Below, piece after piece: positions 39,973 through 52,091 of a DNA stretch of 64,000 bases. Source of the DNA: Phoronis australis (taxonomy: Eukaryota > Animalia > Phoronida); contig NMRA01000058.1 of assembly GCA_002633005.1 (NCBI GenBank), positions 844,511 to 908,510 of the forward strand. Reading direction: 5' to 3'. Made by a program: the position numbers and the translations under genes. The number at the start of each line of letters is the position of its first letter. Positions within the stretch are counted from its first letter, which is position 1. The notes beneath the pieces were generated by a model. That model was not told where the DNA came from. It saw nothing but the letters and a program-made list of their open reading frames with translations, and ran no database searches.

Positions 39973-40514
39973 AGCGTGTTCAACAGAGTGAGCGCCCGCT
40001 AGCATGTACTCGCGAACACAAGGAACAGCTCCTGAACAGCTGTGAGCGCTCACTGTGCGATCCAGTATGGCGACTCTGAAGCAGACTGTGTTGAACGTCT
40101 TAGCCGATGAGCTTAACACTAACAGTCCTTCCTATGGCGTATTGAGCGATAAATATGATTAATCTTTGCCAATTAATATTAATATCGGCAGCCCAAGACA
40201 ACAACTGTGAAGGCTTTGGAACGACAAGAATCGAAAATTACGTCGAGGAAACTGCCGTCCTCGCTACAGCAACCCACAATTTAAGTCGCACTTTCGGATG
40301 AGTCGGTCAACTTTTGAGGTTAGTTTTCATGTTGCAGAACCATAATGGGTTCATATGCTGCAGACGTGAAGCCTTCGCAGAACGCCATCTTGGAAATCTA
40401 AGCAAACATGCTCTCGAGGTTGTTCGCGAGTGCTCGCGAGCGCTAATGTAAACACAGCTGTTCAGGACGAGGGCGCTCAAATCGCTCGCGGGCGCTCACT
40501 CTATTGAACACGCT
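39973..40514 (+). mobile_element. Internally deleted PIF/Harbinger element retaining the start of the transposase
   Basis: TIR AGCGTGTTCAAcAGAGTGAGCGCCCGC / GCGGGCGCTCACTCTaTTGAACACGCT. Internal RIENYVEET/PRYSNPQFKSHFRMSRSTFE matches the Harbinger FxxxFRMxRxTF motif. Confidence 0.85.
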
Positions 40515-40628
40515 TCTGATCACTGGACACTTCTGGCATACCGATTACTGACAGGATTCAAGCAACTAGATATTCTGAGTACTGTAGTGTTGCGTACTTA
40601 ATTGTTTACTTATTAATTTCCATTTCAG

Positions 40629-40688
40629 AGTCACATTGCACCTGTCTTCAACAGATGTCTTCAAGCTCGGTATGCCTCAGCCTCTACT
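40629..40688 (+). CDS. CS: Citrate synthase exon 2 (SHIAPVFNRCLQARYASAST)
   Basis: tttcag| acceptor and |gtaagt donor, 60 bp, phase 0-0. ARYASAST matches vertebrate ARHASASST preceding NLKDIL. Confidence 0.92.
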
Positions 40689-41035
40689 GTAAGTTGCCCT
40701 TAGAACTCAGAGAAATAAACAATGCAATACAAGGCAAAAGTATTCAGAAAAAATGACCTAGATTTCTGTCATGATGTTGGGTAGAAGCCGAACTCGTTGT
40801 CAGAGTAATCTTTTCTCATGACCAAGAATGACCGAGGAATTATTAGCAGTGGTGGATTTAAGGGGGGAGGGGGGCATGCCCTAAAATTCTCCTAGCTTCC
40901 ATTCGGCAGTACGGGGGTGCAAATATCTGANCCCCCCCCCCCCCAACTCAAAATCCTGGTTCTGCCCCTTGTATAGGAGAGCTAGTAAAGTGGCTAAGCC
41001 AATCTGTAGAACATAGAATTTTGTTGCCCTAATTG

Positions 41036-41928
41036 CAGGACTGCCAACTGTTGCGGATTTATCCATATTTTACATACTGTTAGAGCCTAAAAAATCGCAA
41101 CAAACGGATTTTCAAATGTTGCGGATTTTGAGCATTTATTTCCGTTCAGGTAAAATGAGATAAAAGCTAAAGTTCATCTAAAAAATCGTGAATTCTTCGA
41201 AGCACCAGATCGGCGAAGATTGAGGCAGGAAGTATCGGCGGATTTTGAGCATATATATCTGTTCAGATAAAATCAGATAAAATGTAAAATTATCTTAAAA
41301 ACCATCAGTGTTTCAATGCGCCAGATCGACGATGATCGAGACGGGAAGTACCAGAAAGTGACGGAAGTTGTCGAGAATGCAAGATCCGATCTATAAGACG
41401 AATCCTGTGTTCCAGTGCAGCATGCAACTTGCATATGATTGGTCTGTTGTAGTTTTTGTGAAGGACTGGCCAATGAAAAACGCGCCTACTTGACTTTGCA
41501 TTGTGGGATATTGTATGCTTTGGAAATTGTGTTAAGATGTCTGGAGCGAAATTTCGGAGACAAGTATACGGATGAATTAGATAACGTTTAGAAAACGGAA
41601 GTGGAATTTGCCGCCTGATGCTTATACCGTTACAGATATGGAATTACAAGATATTGGAATTAGTGGGGCTGTGGTAGTGTGGGAAGAAATCAATTGTGCT
41701 GACAGCAAAAGCCGATAAAATCGATGTGACGAGTTGAGTTATCGTGTAATGTTGCTTTTTTTAGTTCAACACGATTTGAAATTGAGAATTGTTTTTTTGT
41801 TGTGTATTAATCCATCTTGCGATTGAAATTTAAACTTACTGGAAATGTTGGAAGTCGTACAAGTTTTCACTTGCAAAATACGGATTTTTAAAGTTACATA
41901 TTATGTTCTTAGTTGGTTGGCAGCCCTG
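41036..41928. mobile_element. hAT-type MITE
   Basis: CAGGACTGCCAAC ... GTTGGCAGCCCTG termini and repeated GCGGATTTT subterminal motifs. TSD is not clean. Confidence 0.55.
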
Positions 41929-43004
41929 TAATAGTTATTGATTTGTGTTTGATGTTAACGGAATGAGTCGTCTTGATGGAAGCAGTGTTTAGTCTGGTTA
42001 ACTCTGTGTTGTATCGTAAGTGGAAACAACATGGCTGTTGCACTCTTGAACATAGGCCCTAGCTTATAAATAAGGCTCATGGATCAGGTAACTCAGTCCA
42101 CCGATGCACAAAGTCATAAACGCTGCTCTCCAATTGCCAAACGCAGTGCGCAGACTCGCAAAACATNATGATGATCGAGACGGGAAGTACCAGAAAGTGA
42201 CGGAAATTGTCGAGAATGCAAGATCCGATCTATAAGACGAATCCTGTGTTCCAGTGCAGCATGCAACTTGCATACGATTGGTCTGTTATAGTTTTTGTGA
42301 AGGACTGGCCAATGAAAAATGCGCCTACTTGACTTTGCATTGTGGGATATTGTATGCTTTGGAAATTGTGTTAAGATGTCTGGAGCGAAATTTCGGAGAC
42401 AAGTACACGGATGAATTAGATAACGTTTAGAAAACGGAAGTGGAATTTGCCGCCTGATGCTTCTACCGTTACAGATATGGAATTACAAGATATTGGAATT
42501 AGTGGGGCTGTGGTAGTGTGGGAAGAAATCAATTGTGCTGACAGCAAAAGCCGATAAAATCGATGTGACGAGTTGAGTCATCGTGTAATGTTGCGTTTTT
42601 AGTTCAACACGATTTGAAATTGAGAATTGTTTTTTTGTTGTGTATTAATCCATCTTGCGATTGAAATTTAAACTTACTGGAAATGTTGGAAGTCGTACAA
42701 GTTTTCACTTGCAAAATACGGATTTTTAAAGTTACATATTATGTTCTTAGTTGGTTGGCAGCCCTGTAATAGTTATTGATTTGTGTTTGATGTTAACGGA
42801 ATGAGTCGTCTTGATGGAAGCAGTGTTTAGTCTGGTTAACTCTGTGTTGTATCGTAAGTGGAAACAACATGGCTGTTGCACTCTTGAACATAGGCCCTAG
42901 CTTATAAATAAGGCTCATGGATCAGGTAACTCAGTCCACCGATGCACAAAGTCATAAACGCTGCTCTCCAATTGCCAAACGCAGTGCGCAGACTCGCAAA
43001 ACAT
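41329..43004. repeat. ~837-bp direct duplication across the N at 42167 (probable haplotype overlap)
   Basis: 41329-42166 and 42168-43004 are near identical with scattered SNPs. Confidence 0.85.
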
Positions 43005-43715
43005 GGCTTAAGTATCAAAAAAAAACAGTTTTCTGTCTGACAAACTCGTGCCGGACTCACAAACACATGACTCTCGGACTCTGTGTACCGTATTAGGCAG
43101 TCAGTGAGCTCTGCTTGTGAGTTGGTAGCTTTGTTTTTGGGTGGTTAAGCCATGTTTTGGAGAGTCCAGCATCATGATTGGCAGTCCGTGGGTCATGTTT
43201 GTGAGTCAGTGAACTGAGTTTATCAGTGTAAAATTGAGCAGCTATGATTACAAGTGCGACAGCCATGTTGTTGTTTACCTATTGAAACACATAAAATCTT
43301 ATGTTTCATCAACTAATAAACTTTGTTGGTGACATGTTGAGTGGCAATGAGCAGAGCTAGGCATGAAAGTCATGTGACCAATTTAGAAATGGGTAAAAGT
43401 CTAATATTAATGTTAGGAAAATCAGTAGGGGTAGGACATAAAAATTGTGGTTGGTTGGCTCAAACTATGTATAAAATTACAAGATGTTGTTCTTGTGTAC
43501 AAAAAATATTATCAGCCATTGGTCACTTTGGTTTTTGCCGGATCCATGTACTGTCCACGCTGTAAAGCTCATGGACACCAACTAAATGTTTAGAATAACA
43601 TGGAGTTGTTGCTGCCATACAATACCTTCCTAAAACAAAAAACCTATTGGTGTGGTGTCTGGATGTGTCTGGATATCTCAACCGGAAAACTTTTTTTAAA
43701 CAAATTCTTTAAATT

Positions 43716-44777
43716 TGTTTGCTGACTGGTGAATAAGTTTAGTTTGTGGTTGTTATTCATAGCATTGTCACACAGTTTCATGACAGAGTTGTGTTCATTG
43801 TGAGTAGAGTTAGTATCCTAGTCATCTATACATGACTGAGGTATGCAGGTGTACATAAATACACTGGAATGCGTTGTTTGTTGAGGATGGGTCGAACTGA
43901 ATATCATTCTTTCTAGATCATTCTGTGTGGTTAATCATAGAAACATCATCCTCAGTAATTATTTAAGCTGCATAGCTAAACAGTATCATTACATGATTTC
44001 ATGAAGTGTTTGAGTATGCTTGTGCAACTGTGAGCTCAGGTTTTGGCTAGCAGTACCAATCAACTTGATTGCAAATTCCCTGAGAAATGGCCATTTAAAA
44101 TTATTGGTTGTTAGTTGTTATACAATTCTTTTTGTAGCNCATACGTATATAGCCCCATTGTATGATCTGTGTAGGCCTAACGGTAATAAATCTTAGCCTG
44201 TTAGTTATTACGGTTTTAGTCCCCGGCGGTCCTGTTTTGTGGTGGGGCGGTCATGTTTTTGGGTGCGTCAGTCCCATTTTCTGGTGCGGCGGTCCCATTT
44301 GATCCCCGGAGGTCCTGTTTAGAGGACCGGCGGTCATGTTGTTTCTCACCCGTGTGTTTGCTGACTGGTGAATAAGTTTAGTTTGTGGTTGTTATTCATA
44401 GCATTGTCACACAGTTTCTTGACAGAGTTGTGTTCATTGTGAGTAGAGTTAGTATCCTAGTCATCTATACATGACTGAGGTATGCAGGTGTACATAAATA
44501 CACTGGAATGCGTTGTTTGTTGAGGATGGGTCGAACTGAATATGATTCTTTCTAGATCATTCTGTGTGGTTAATCATAGAAACATCATCCTCAGTAATTA
44601 TTTAAGCTGCATAGCTAAACAGTATCATTACATGATTTCATGAAGTGTTTGAGTATGCTTGTGCAACTGTGAGCTCAGGTTTTGGCTAGCAGTACCAATC
44701 AACTTGATTGCAAATTCCCTGAGAAATGGCCATTTAAAATTATTGGTTGTTAGTTGTTATACAATTCTTTTTGTAGC
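43716..44777. repeat. 423-bp duplication across the N at 44139, with a transposon end present in only one copy
   Basis: 43716-44138 equals 44355-44777 apart from a few SNPs. Confidence 0.85.
44140..44354. mobile_element. One end of another copy of the CAC...GTG transposon family
   Basis: 44218-44354 matches the right TIR at ~1983-2139, with a ~20-bp internal deletion, and ends CTCACCCGTG. Confidence 0.88.
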
Positions 44778-46255
44778 TGGTATTTGTATTTGTTCTTATG
44801 GATAACTTGTGTATTGACCACATGGACTGGTTCCTACTCAAGTTCATTCACCGCTCCATGATAAACATCCTTGTGGTGTACACCTTGAGTTCATTGTGTA
44901 TGAGTAGAATTCAAAATTTAAGATCATTTAGAGTTTGAAGAAATAAGTGATTTGAATACGTTTAGATTGTATCGTTGTGGCCTTTAATGTCAGTTCATGA
45001 TAGAGACCTTATTAAGGTGTAAAAAGACTTTGCTTAGCTTTTGTGCTTGGGACTTGTTGCTGCGCAAGAGAGATTTACTAAGCAACTCAGTTGCTGTAAT
45101 ACAGATTTGGGTTTCAGGGTTTCAATGGCGGATGTGCTGAGAGCTGAGGTATACGGGGTCTGGTTAATGGATGCTTGAATGAGAGACATCCTTAGTTTTT
45201 CATGGGAATTTGAGCTATAAATCTTCTTTGGTTACACAGATAGATGTGCAGGCTATACTAGTACTTATGATTTATCGTTTTCTTATCATATAAGGGATGG
45301 ATTTTGACCTAGTTCAGATAAGATAAAAGTATGTAAAACTATGTAATCCTGTGCAAAATTAGACAATGTTCTCATTTTGAAAGTGCGTTTTGTTATTCCC
45401 ATAGCCTGACACTTGTATATGTGTCTTGAAACTTTATTTGTAAAATTTCTCTGAAGAGGTTGTCATGCTTTGTGTGCAGCAGCCATGTTCAAACAAAGCC
45501 TCTTATTTCACAATTCTAATAATTTGTTGCAACCCTCTTACAAAATCAATTTCTCGTCTTAGAGATTTCCATAAATAGAGCACTTCTCTGATCTCAGTCA
45601 AGTGTACCAAGGGTCTTCACACGACAAAATGATAATTTAATCATTTATGCAGCAAAAACATTACCATGTCAGCCACATTCAGATATAATGAGATTTACGG
45701 CTAGAGCACAAAGTATTTGTCGGTCCAATCCATGCATAATCCATAATCCTGATGACGTTCCATTTAATTCACTTGTACCTTTCCCGTTGTTATTGTCTTC
45801 AATGTCTTGTAAGACTGCCTTTGCTTACGATCTACTTGCCTCTTACTGGGAATGATGAACTAGAAATTGAGTGGGTAATGCTGGTGACATGACAGTGTTG
45901 TGTTCAATTAGCATCTAGTCAACCAGGCATGAGGGTACCAGCAACCCAACCAGTAGTAGTCACTTGTAGGGTGTCAGAGATTTTGGGAACCAGTTTGATG
46001 CACGTTATTTAGTGGAGAAAACTGGTTCTCAAAAGTCAGGGCTCCCGCAAATGACTTACCACGGAACCTCATCTCACGAAAGACCTAGTCCTTGTTAACA
46101 AAATGTGATTGGTTTTGTAAAACAGAGAGGACTCTTTTTTTCACAAGGTCTGACTTGTCAGTATTTAATCTATAGTAATTGGTGATTGTTTATTGTTTGC
46201 GGTTTTATCATTCTTTGCAATCGTCCGGGATGAAGGTGTGACTGTATGTTTGCAG

Positions 46256-46363
46256 AACTTGAAAGATATTTTGGCTGACAAAGTTGTAGCTGAACAGAAG
46301 AGAGTTGGAGACTTTCGCAAGCAGTATGGAGGTGCCAAAGTCGGTGAAATAACAGTGGACCAG
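46256..46363 (+). CDS. CS: Citrate synthase exon 3
   Basis: NLKDILADKVVAEQKRVGDFRKQYGGAKVGEITVDQ; ttgcag|...|gtattt; 108 bp. Confidence 0.97.
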
Positions 46364-47967
46364 GTATTTTATAAACATTGCTTGTGGCAAGTGTTCAGGT
46401 CCCTCAATTGAAATATCATATGAAATTACCCTCAGCTCCCAAAATTTCCATCATGGTTAGAATCACTCGTGCAAGACATTAATTTTTTGAGACATAGCCG
46501 ATGAGGGATGGTGCCGGGGGAGGGAATTTTCCCTTGAACCAAAACATTCTCCTCTCCGAAGATACCTGCACCTTTCCCGTGGAGTGAACGTGAACCCTGG
46601 TGTTAGAGTAACAACCTTTATCGGACTGTTGGGTCGAACAATATCTTCAGAATCTTCTTACATTTAAAGGATGTCTCGATTTGTTTTCCATAATATTCGT
46701 TAAGGTTACTCAGATTTTCTTTGTGGCACAAATGCCCAATAGATTATGAAATACATTCATTTCATGATCTATTGGGCTAAAAAGTGGCTGAGTCTTGAGT
46801 GTGCAATCTTCAAAGCAAGGCTGACCAAAAAGTGAAGCTGAGCTGTGTCGTCACCAATGTGCAGAAGTTTTCAAAAATGTTGACAATCTTCATCAAAATT
46901 CAGCTTGCTCTGTTGAAGTTATGGCAAAAACATTGAAGAGAATTTGACCGAAGATAACACTGAATCGTTTGAAAATAACTATTGTGGTTGTTTCAGCTAC
47001 TATCGTTCTTACTGACCGTGTTCACTCAACCAATAAATTGAAGATACTGTTCATGCTGACCCTATTCACTGGTCAAAGTAACTGTAGATAAGGTTTATGC
47101 TGACCTTATTCACTCAACACACTAATGACCAGTAATGTCCTCAAAAGGCCAGTCAGGGGCACTGTTATCTTTTTACAGTTTATTGACAGTGATACACCAT
47201 GATCTAGAAGGTGGTGATGTGCTAGTGGTGGTAATTACTATCAAGTATCAGGTATCTTCATTAAATTTGGCAAATAAGATTCTATGAAGTGAAGAACCGT
47301 GCTTGTCTATTTTCTAAAATTCCCACTTGTGTTGCGTGGCAATTTTATTGAGTTAGTGTTCACATTTGATATTTACCTTTTTCGGCAAAACTCCTTGAAG
47401 ATTTGTCATGGCAAATAAGTTTCTGTTAAAGAGACCATGATTGGCATCACCACTGAGTGACTCCAACTGTAATAGTGCTCCTTCTTGGTAGCTAAACTTT
47501 AGTTTTCTCAATATTTGCCTGGATTGTTTTTTTCCGATTTTTGTGTGACTGTCCCTGTGTCACCTGGGCACTTTTTTAAGTCCAACAGCATACTCATTGT
47601 TCATTCTAGTGCTTCGAAATGTCGAAAGAAATAAGCCCCACTTTTTGTTCGCAATTGACCTATTGTCAGGATTTTGAGTGATGGCTTAACTAACCAATCA
47701 GAACCCAGCATTCTTGACACACCTTTGTTTCCAAGCCGTCATTTTACCCAACAAATAACATGTTGGCATTATTGCTCTGTAGATATTATTCAGTAAATGT
47801 ATTTTCAAGCTATGAACTATGAAATTTTAAATGGTGCGTAGAAGGTTTCAACATTTATTTTCTTGAAACTGTGATATCTTTGCTTATGAAAGAGTTGCCG
47901 TTTCATGACCCTGGTGTTTGTGCTTTTAAAGCTTGGTCTCAGATTTGCTTAATCCTGTTTGCTCCAG

Positions 47968-48183
47968 ATGTATGGTGGAATGAGGGGTATGAAAAGTTTA
48001 GTCACAGAGACGTCCGTCCTGGATGCTGACGAGGGTATTGAGTTCCGCGGTCACACAATCCCCGAATGCCAGGAGAAGCTGCCTAAGGCGCCCGGGGGTG
48101 AGGAGCCCCTCCCCGAGGGACTCTTCTGGCTCCTCATCACCGGCGATCTGCCGACAGAAGATCAGGTGAAAGCTGTTTCCAAG
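47968..48183 (+). CDS. CS: Citrate synthase exon 4
   Basis: [28 protein letters not shown]...[10 protein letters not shown]...VSK; ccag|...|gtgagt; 216 bp. Confidence 0.98.
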
Positions 48184-48329
48184 GTGAGTGGGTCTTCTTG
48201 CCGTGCACGATTGTCAAGTTTTACAGTAAACAAAAATTGGCTTATGTCTATCACCACACAGAGAGGTTTTATGACCTCAAGTCAAGTTGCTGGGTTGTCT
48301 AAATGTATCAAATAAACACAGAAAAATCA

Positions 48330-48406
48330 GGAACCCCAACTGGGAATCGAACCACAGGTCTCTAGAATGCCGGTCTAGTGCTCTTACCACTGAGCTACTG
48401 AGGACC
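48330..48406 (-). mobile_element. tRNA-like SINE head
   Basis: Minus strand shows A box TAGCTCAGTGGTAAGAGC and B box GGTTCGATTCC. The acceptor stem is imperfect, so this is not called as a tRNA gene. Confidence 0.6.
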
Positions 48407-49363
48407 CGATATCTGTGTAATTACTGTTTATAGCCAACTGTATATTTACATTGTCTAAATGTGGTTCAGAGTGTCCATTTGAATGCCCTTTAGACGATGG
48501 CCTGCTGTTTCACCCCCTGGTAGCAATTTTTATTTTACTTTTGCGTGTGCGCTCATTATCTACCAAGTTCCTTGAAGGATCTTCATGAAATTTGGTATCT
48601 GACAGACGTTGATTTTGGTACGAGTCCGACCAGTGTGGCGATTAAGATTTTTTAACAGATCCGTTTACTATGAACCCCATAGTGGCATTCTTGTGCCGGC
48701 TAAGTGTTTGTGATTCTTTATGATATTTGCCGTATGTGTTTTTATTCAGGAGACCATGGTCGACATTGCTCCCTCTACTGAAATGTTGAAAGGAATTGTT
48801 ATTTTTGTTTCAATGCAATAGAAAACAGTTTTGCCCAGAAATTTAGCTGATATTGTATCTGCTTTATCCCTTGTATCTTTGCTGTATGCAGTGCTTCTAG
48901 TGGGCGTATGTGTTGCTTTTGTAATCAAAGCTTTCAGAAGCACTAAAGATGGAAACGGGGCATGCTCTTCTGAAACAAGACTGAATATGTTGTAGTCAAC
49001 AGAATCTGCATTTGTTGTTCAGTCTTGCTACTTGCTTGTTATAGAATTGTGTTTATGGTAGTATTTCACCAATTTTGGATAAAATAATTGCAAAAAGTGA
49101 CATTTTTAATTTTTCAAAGGCCACTAGCAATGTCGTGAACATCTATCATTTCTCAAAACATTGTCTGTTGGTAGGTATGTTATGGAATTTGAAAATGATA
49201 ATCAGTTATTTTGATGTTGCCGATATTTTATGGAAAAACATGTCCCTTGTCTGCAGCATCATATCCTGAATTGACGAGACTTGACCGTGTAGTTTTTGAA
49301 TATAGTTATCTTGCAATTTGATTTTTTATGCTTTCACAAAACGTGTGTCACGCAACATTTCAG

Positions 49364-49534
49364 GAATGGGCGAATCGTGCGGATATCCCAGCGCATGTGG
49401 TCACAATGCTGAATAACTTCCCTGACAAACTCCACCCGATGTCACAATTCAGTGCCGCCATCACTGCATTAAATAGTGAGAGCAAATTTGCCCAAGCCTA
49501 CACTGATGGAGTGCACAAGGCCTCCTACTGGGAG
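49364..49534 (+). CDS. CS: Citrate synthase exon 5
   Basis: [29 protein letters not shown]...YWE; ttcag|...|gtaagc; 171 bp. Confidence 0.98.
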
Positions 49535-50497
49535 GTAAGCCTTTTTGCTGACTATTTTTATACACCCCTTAGACAGGCTGTATTATGTGACAGTCGTCAT
49601 AATGTCTGGATTAGCTTTTTAACAATTGGTTGTCATCTCTCCAACTTTTTCAATTGGTCAGACATTCTGGAACTCGTAATACCAAAAAGCCATCTCACTG
49701 GTCTGATTGTATTTTGGTAGAAGTGATGACCTGAAACACGAGCCAAAGACATGCATAGTAACCAGTGATGGACAACCAAAGACATGCATAGTAACCAGTG
49801 ATAGACAGCCAACTAATGTTAAAGTAGTTTTCTGATAATGTGAAGGACATACTTGATATGCTGGAAATTAAAACTTAACTAAAAATTAACGAATTGCATG
49901 CCTCTATTTAATTAAACTTCACGAGTTTATGTGATTGGTCAAATTTCAAGTAGAATCTAAGTACTGTTTGCTGCTCCTAGGCCCAGGTCCCTTAGGCCAT
50001 ATACACATAGGCCCAGGTCCCTTTGGCCATGCACACATAGAACAAGGTTGCTTTGATCATGCTCACATAACACTAGTTATTCTGCTGCAGTTTGTGCTGT
50101 CCACTTGTAGCACTTGTAGTTACACGTATGTAATGGCAATATCCACAAATGTTATTTTCATTAATTCATTCCCAGTAGTTCAAGTTTTCAAGTTTCCTGC
50201 ATCGATCACAAGTGTACATTTCCCGATAGATAGTTACAGTACACTATTCTGATAGTTTATACCCTCCATTCCTTGTTGGTACAACAGGTGTTCAATCATG
50301 TATTTTCTGCCAATCAATGGAGCTACCATAACTAGCACTTCAGCCCTGTTCAGAAATTTGTGATGGGCACTACGCTTTGTCTTCATAAAAACAGCTTTGA
50401 GGCTGGAGTTGGGTATATAAAGTCACGTCCTGACTGTGCTGAGTGTATAACCTTTGATAGACCGGGTATGTCACATTTTATGTGTTTCCCTATGTAG

Positions 50498-50697
50498 CAT
50501 GTGTATGAAGACTCAATGGATTTAATCGCTAAACTGCCCACTATTGCCGCCATCATATACCGCAATCTGTACCGCGAGGGGAGCAATGTGGGTGCTATCA
50601 ATGCCAACAAGGACTGGTCGGAGAACTTCACGGACATGCTGGGATACGACAACGCTGACTTCACGGAACTGATGAGACTCTACCTGTCCATACACAG
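50498..50697 (+). CDS. CS: Citrate synthase exon 6
   Basis: [18 protein letters not shown]...[12 protein letters not shown]; tgtag|...AG|gtgggc; 200 bp, phase 2. Confidence 0.98.
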
Positions 50698-50967
50698 GTG
50701 GGCGAGTTGGGTCAGGGATGGGGTGTGGAACCTTTGGATGGGCTAGGAAGCCGGAGATTGGCTCATTCATGGCTCCTACTCATTTTGAAAAACCAACAAA
50801 ATGGTTAAACATTTACACTTGGAGAAAACTCCTGGAAAGTGAAATGAAATTATGTAAAAAGTATGTTATGGTTATAAAATGAAAAAACAAACACGTTGCT
50901 AGATATGACATTTTTCTCCATGATAGCAAGTAACAGCATATGTTCACGAAAACAACAACGGATTTAA

Positions 50968-51015
50968 AACTTGACATGTTTCGGTGTCATTTATTAAACA
51001 CCATCCTCAGAAGTC
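50968..51015 (-). ncRNA. Minimal type I hammerhead ribozyme, antisense copy
   Basis: Exact reverse complement of 51575-51622. Confidence 0.8.
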
Positions 51016-51182
51016 ATAATACAGTGGCCACCTAGCTAGGCCCAGCAACAAGTAATGAAGCACAGATACAGTCAGTTACAGGAAGTGACAATGAACTATA
51101 CCAACAATGACAACCTGTGGTGTGTCAGTTGCCTATTGAGATTGGGCTTGCACCAACTGATATGTAAAGCCTCACGAATTCT

Positions 51183-51494
51183 ATGTGTCTACGGTCCAAG
51201 GTTGTATACAAATTTATCTGTGCTGGATGTGGCTCCAGTTATATAGGCGAAACTGTTCGCCATTTGAAAACCAGGACCAAGGAACATCTAAATTCTGACA
51301 GTAATTCACATGTAAATATTCACCTGCAGAGCTCCAATCATTGTTATCAGCAGTGCTCTTTCAATGACTTTGCAATAATAGACCAGGCAGTAACAACAAA
51401 GGAGCTTAAAATTCGTGAGGCTTTACATATCAGTTGGTGCAAGCCCAATCTCAATAGGCAACTGACACACCACAGGTTGTCATTGTTGGTATAG
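51183..51494 (+). CDS. GIY-YIG endonuclease domain of a Penelope-like element (C-terminal fragment, frame intact)
   Basis: VVYKFICAGCGSSYIGETVRHLKTRTKEH...H...H...LKIREALHI...KPNLNRQ: VVY-YIG, CxxC/HxxxH zinc ligands and conserved R, E, N. Confidence 0.88.
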   Translation: MCLRSKVVYKFICAGCGSSYIGETVRHLKTRTKEHLNSDSNSHVNIHLQSSNHCYQQCSFNDFAIIDQAVTTKELKIREALHISWCKPNLNRQLTHHRLSLLV

Positions 51495-51574
51495 TTCATT
51501 GTCACTTCCTGTAACTGACTGTATATGTGCTTCATTACTTGTTGCTGGGCCTAGCTAGGTGGCCACTGTATTAT

Positions 51575-51622
51575 GACTTCTGAGGATGGTGTTTAATAAA
51601 TGACACCGAAACATGTCAAGTT
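51575..51622 (+). ncRNA. Minimal type I hammerhead ribozyme, sense to the CS pre-mRNA
   Basis: Stem I GACTT/AAGTT, core CTGAGGA (CUGANGA), stem II GGTGT/ACACC, GAAA, palindromic stem III ACATGT, GUC cleavage triplet ending at 51617. Confidence 0.85.
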
Positions 51623-52091
51623 TTAAATCCGTTGTTGTTTTCGTGAACATATGACATTTTTGATTACGAATTTCAACTTTGTATGTGTTTTTGTTATTTT
51701 AATATCCATGTTTGAATGTTTGGTCATACGTATATGGCCTTGATAGTGAATTTATAGATGGCCACTAAGTTCTGTACGGTTTCATCAATAAAGTATCGTG
51801 GAGAAAGGGCTTTTAAATTATTTGGAAATCTGTTCTTCTGATTTTATTTTAAACTTTGAAAGATTTGTGCAAGGTTTCTATGCTTGTTTAGAAAATAGAA
51901 ACGGGACAGGTTTGTGTAATCTTACTTGGAATAACTTTTCACGTCATCATTGGGCCACAGACATTAATAACCTTTTATCATATTTTGACACGTTCACATA
52001 AGATATGACAATGTTATTTTCAGGCAGTAATTATTCATAAAGAACGCTTCAAAAATCTAGCTTATCATGTTTGAATCTTATTTATTTCTAG

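Larger units (their letters stand above)
50937..51653 (+). mobile_element. Young 5'-truncated Penelope-like element with an inverted 244-bp pseudo-LTR copy, in CS intron 6
   Basis: 50937-51180 is the reverse complement of 51410-51653 (one mismatch seen). It encloses a GIY-YIG domain and a hammerhead in each arm. Confidence 0.92.

Noticed and set aside
7528-45756. Other CTGATGA heptamers (7528, 17556, 45750 on +; 24133, 25305 on -) as hammerhead cores
   Set aside because: No stem II plus GAAA plus NUH arrangement follows them.
49744-50070. Short tandem duplications (33-bp x2, 30-bp x3 giving GPGPLGH repeats); also 9528-9570 and 55481-55542
   Set aside because: Ordinary slippage repeats in introns or UTR, not coding.
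51055-51246. 63-aa ORF mirrored at 51347-51535
   Set aside because: Antisense reading of the PLE arm, an artefact of the inverted repeat.
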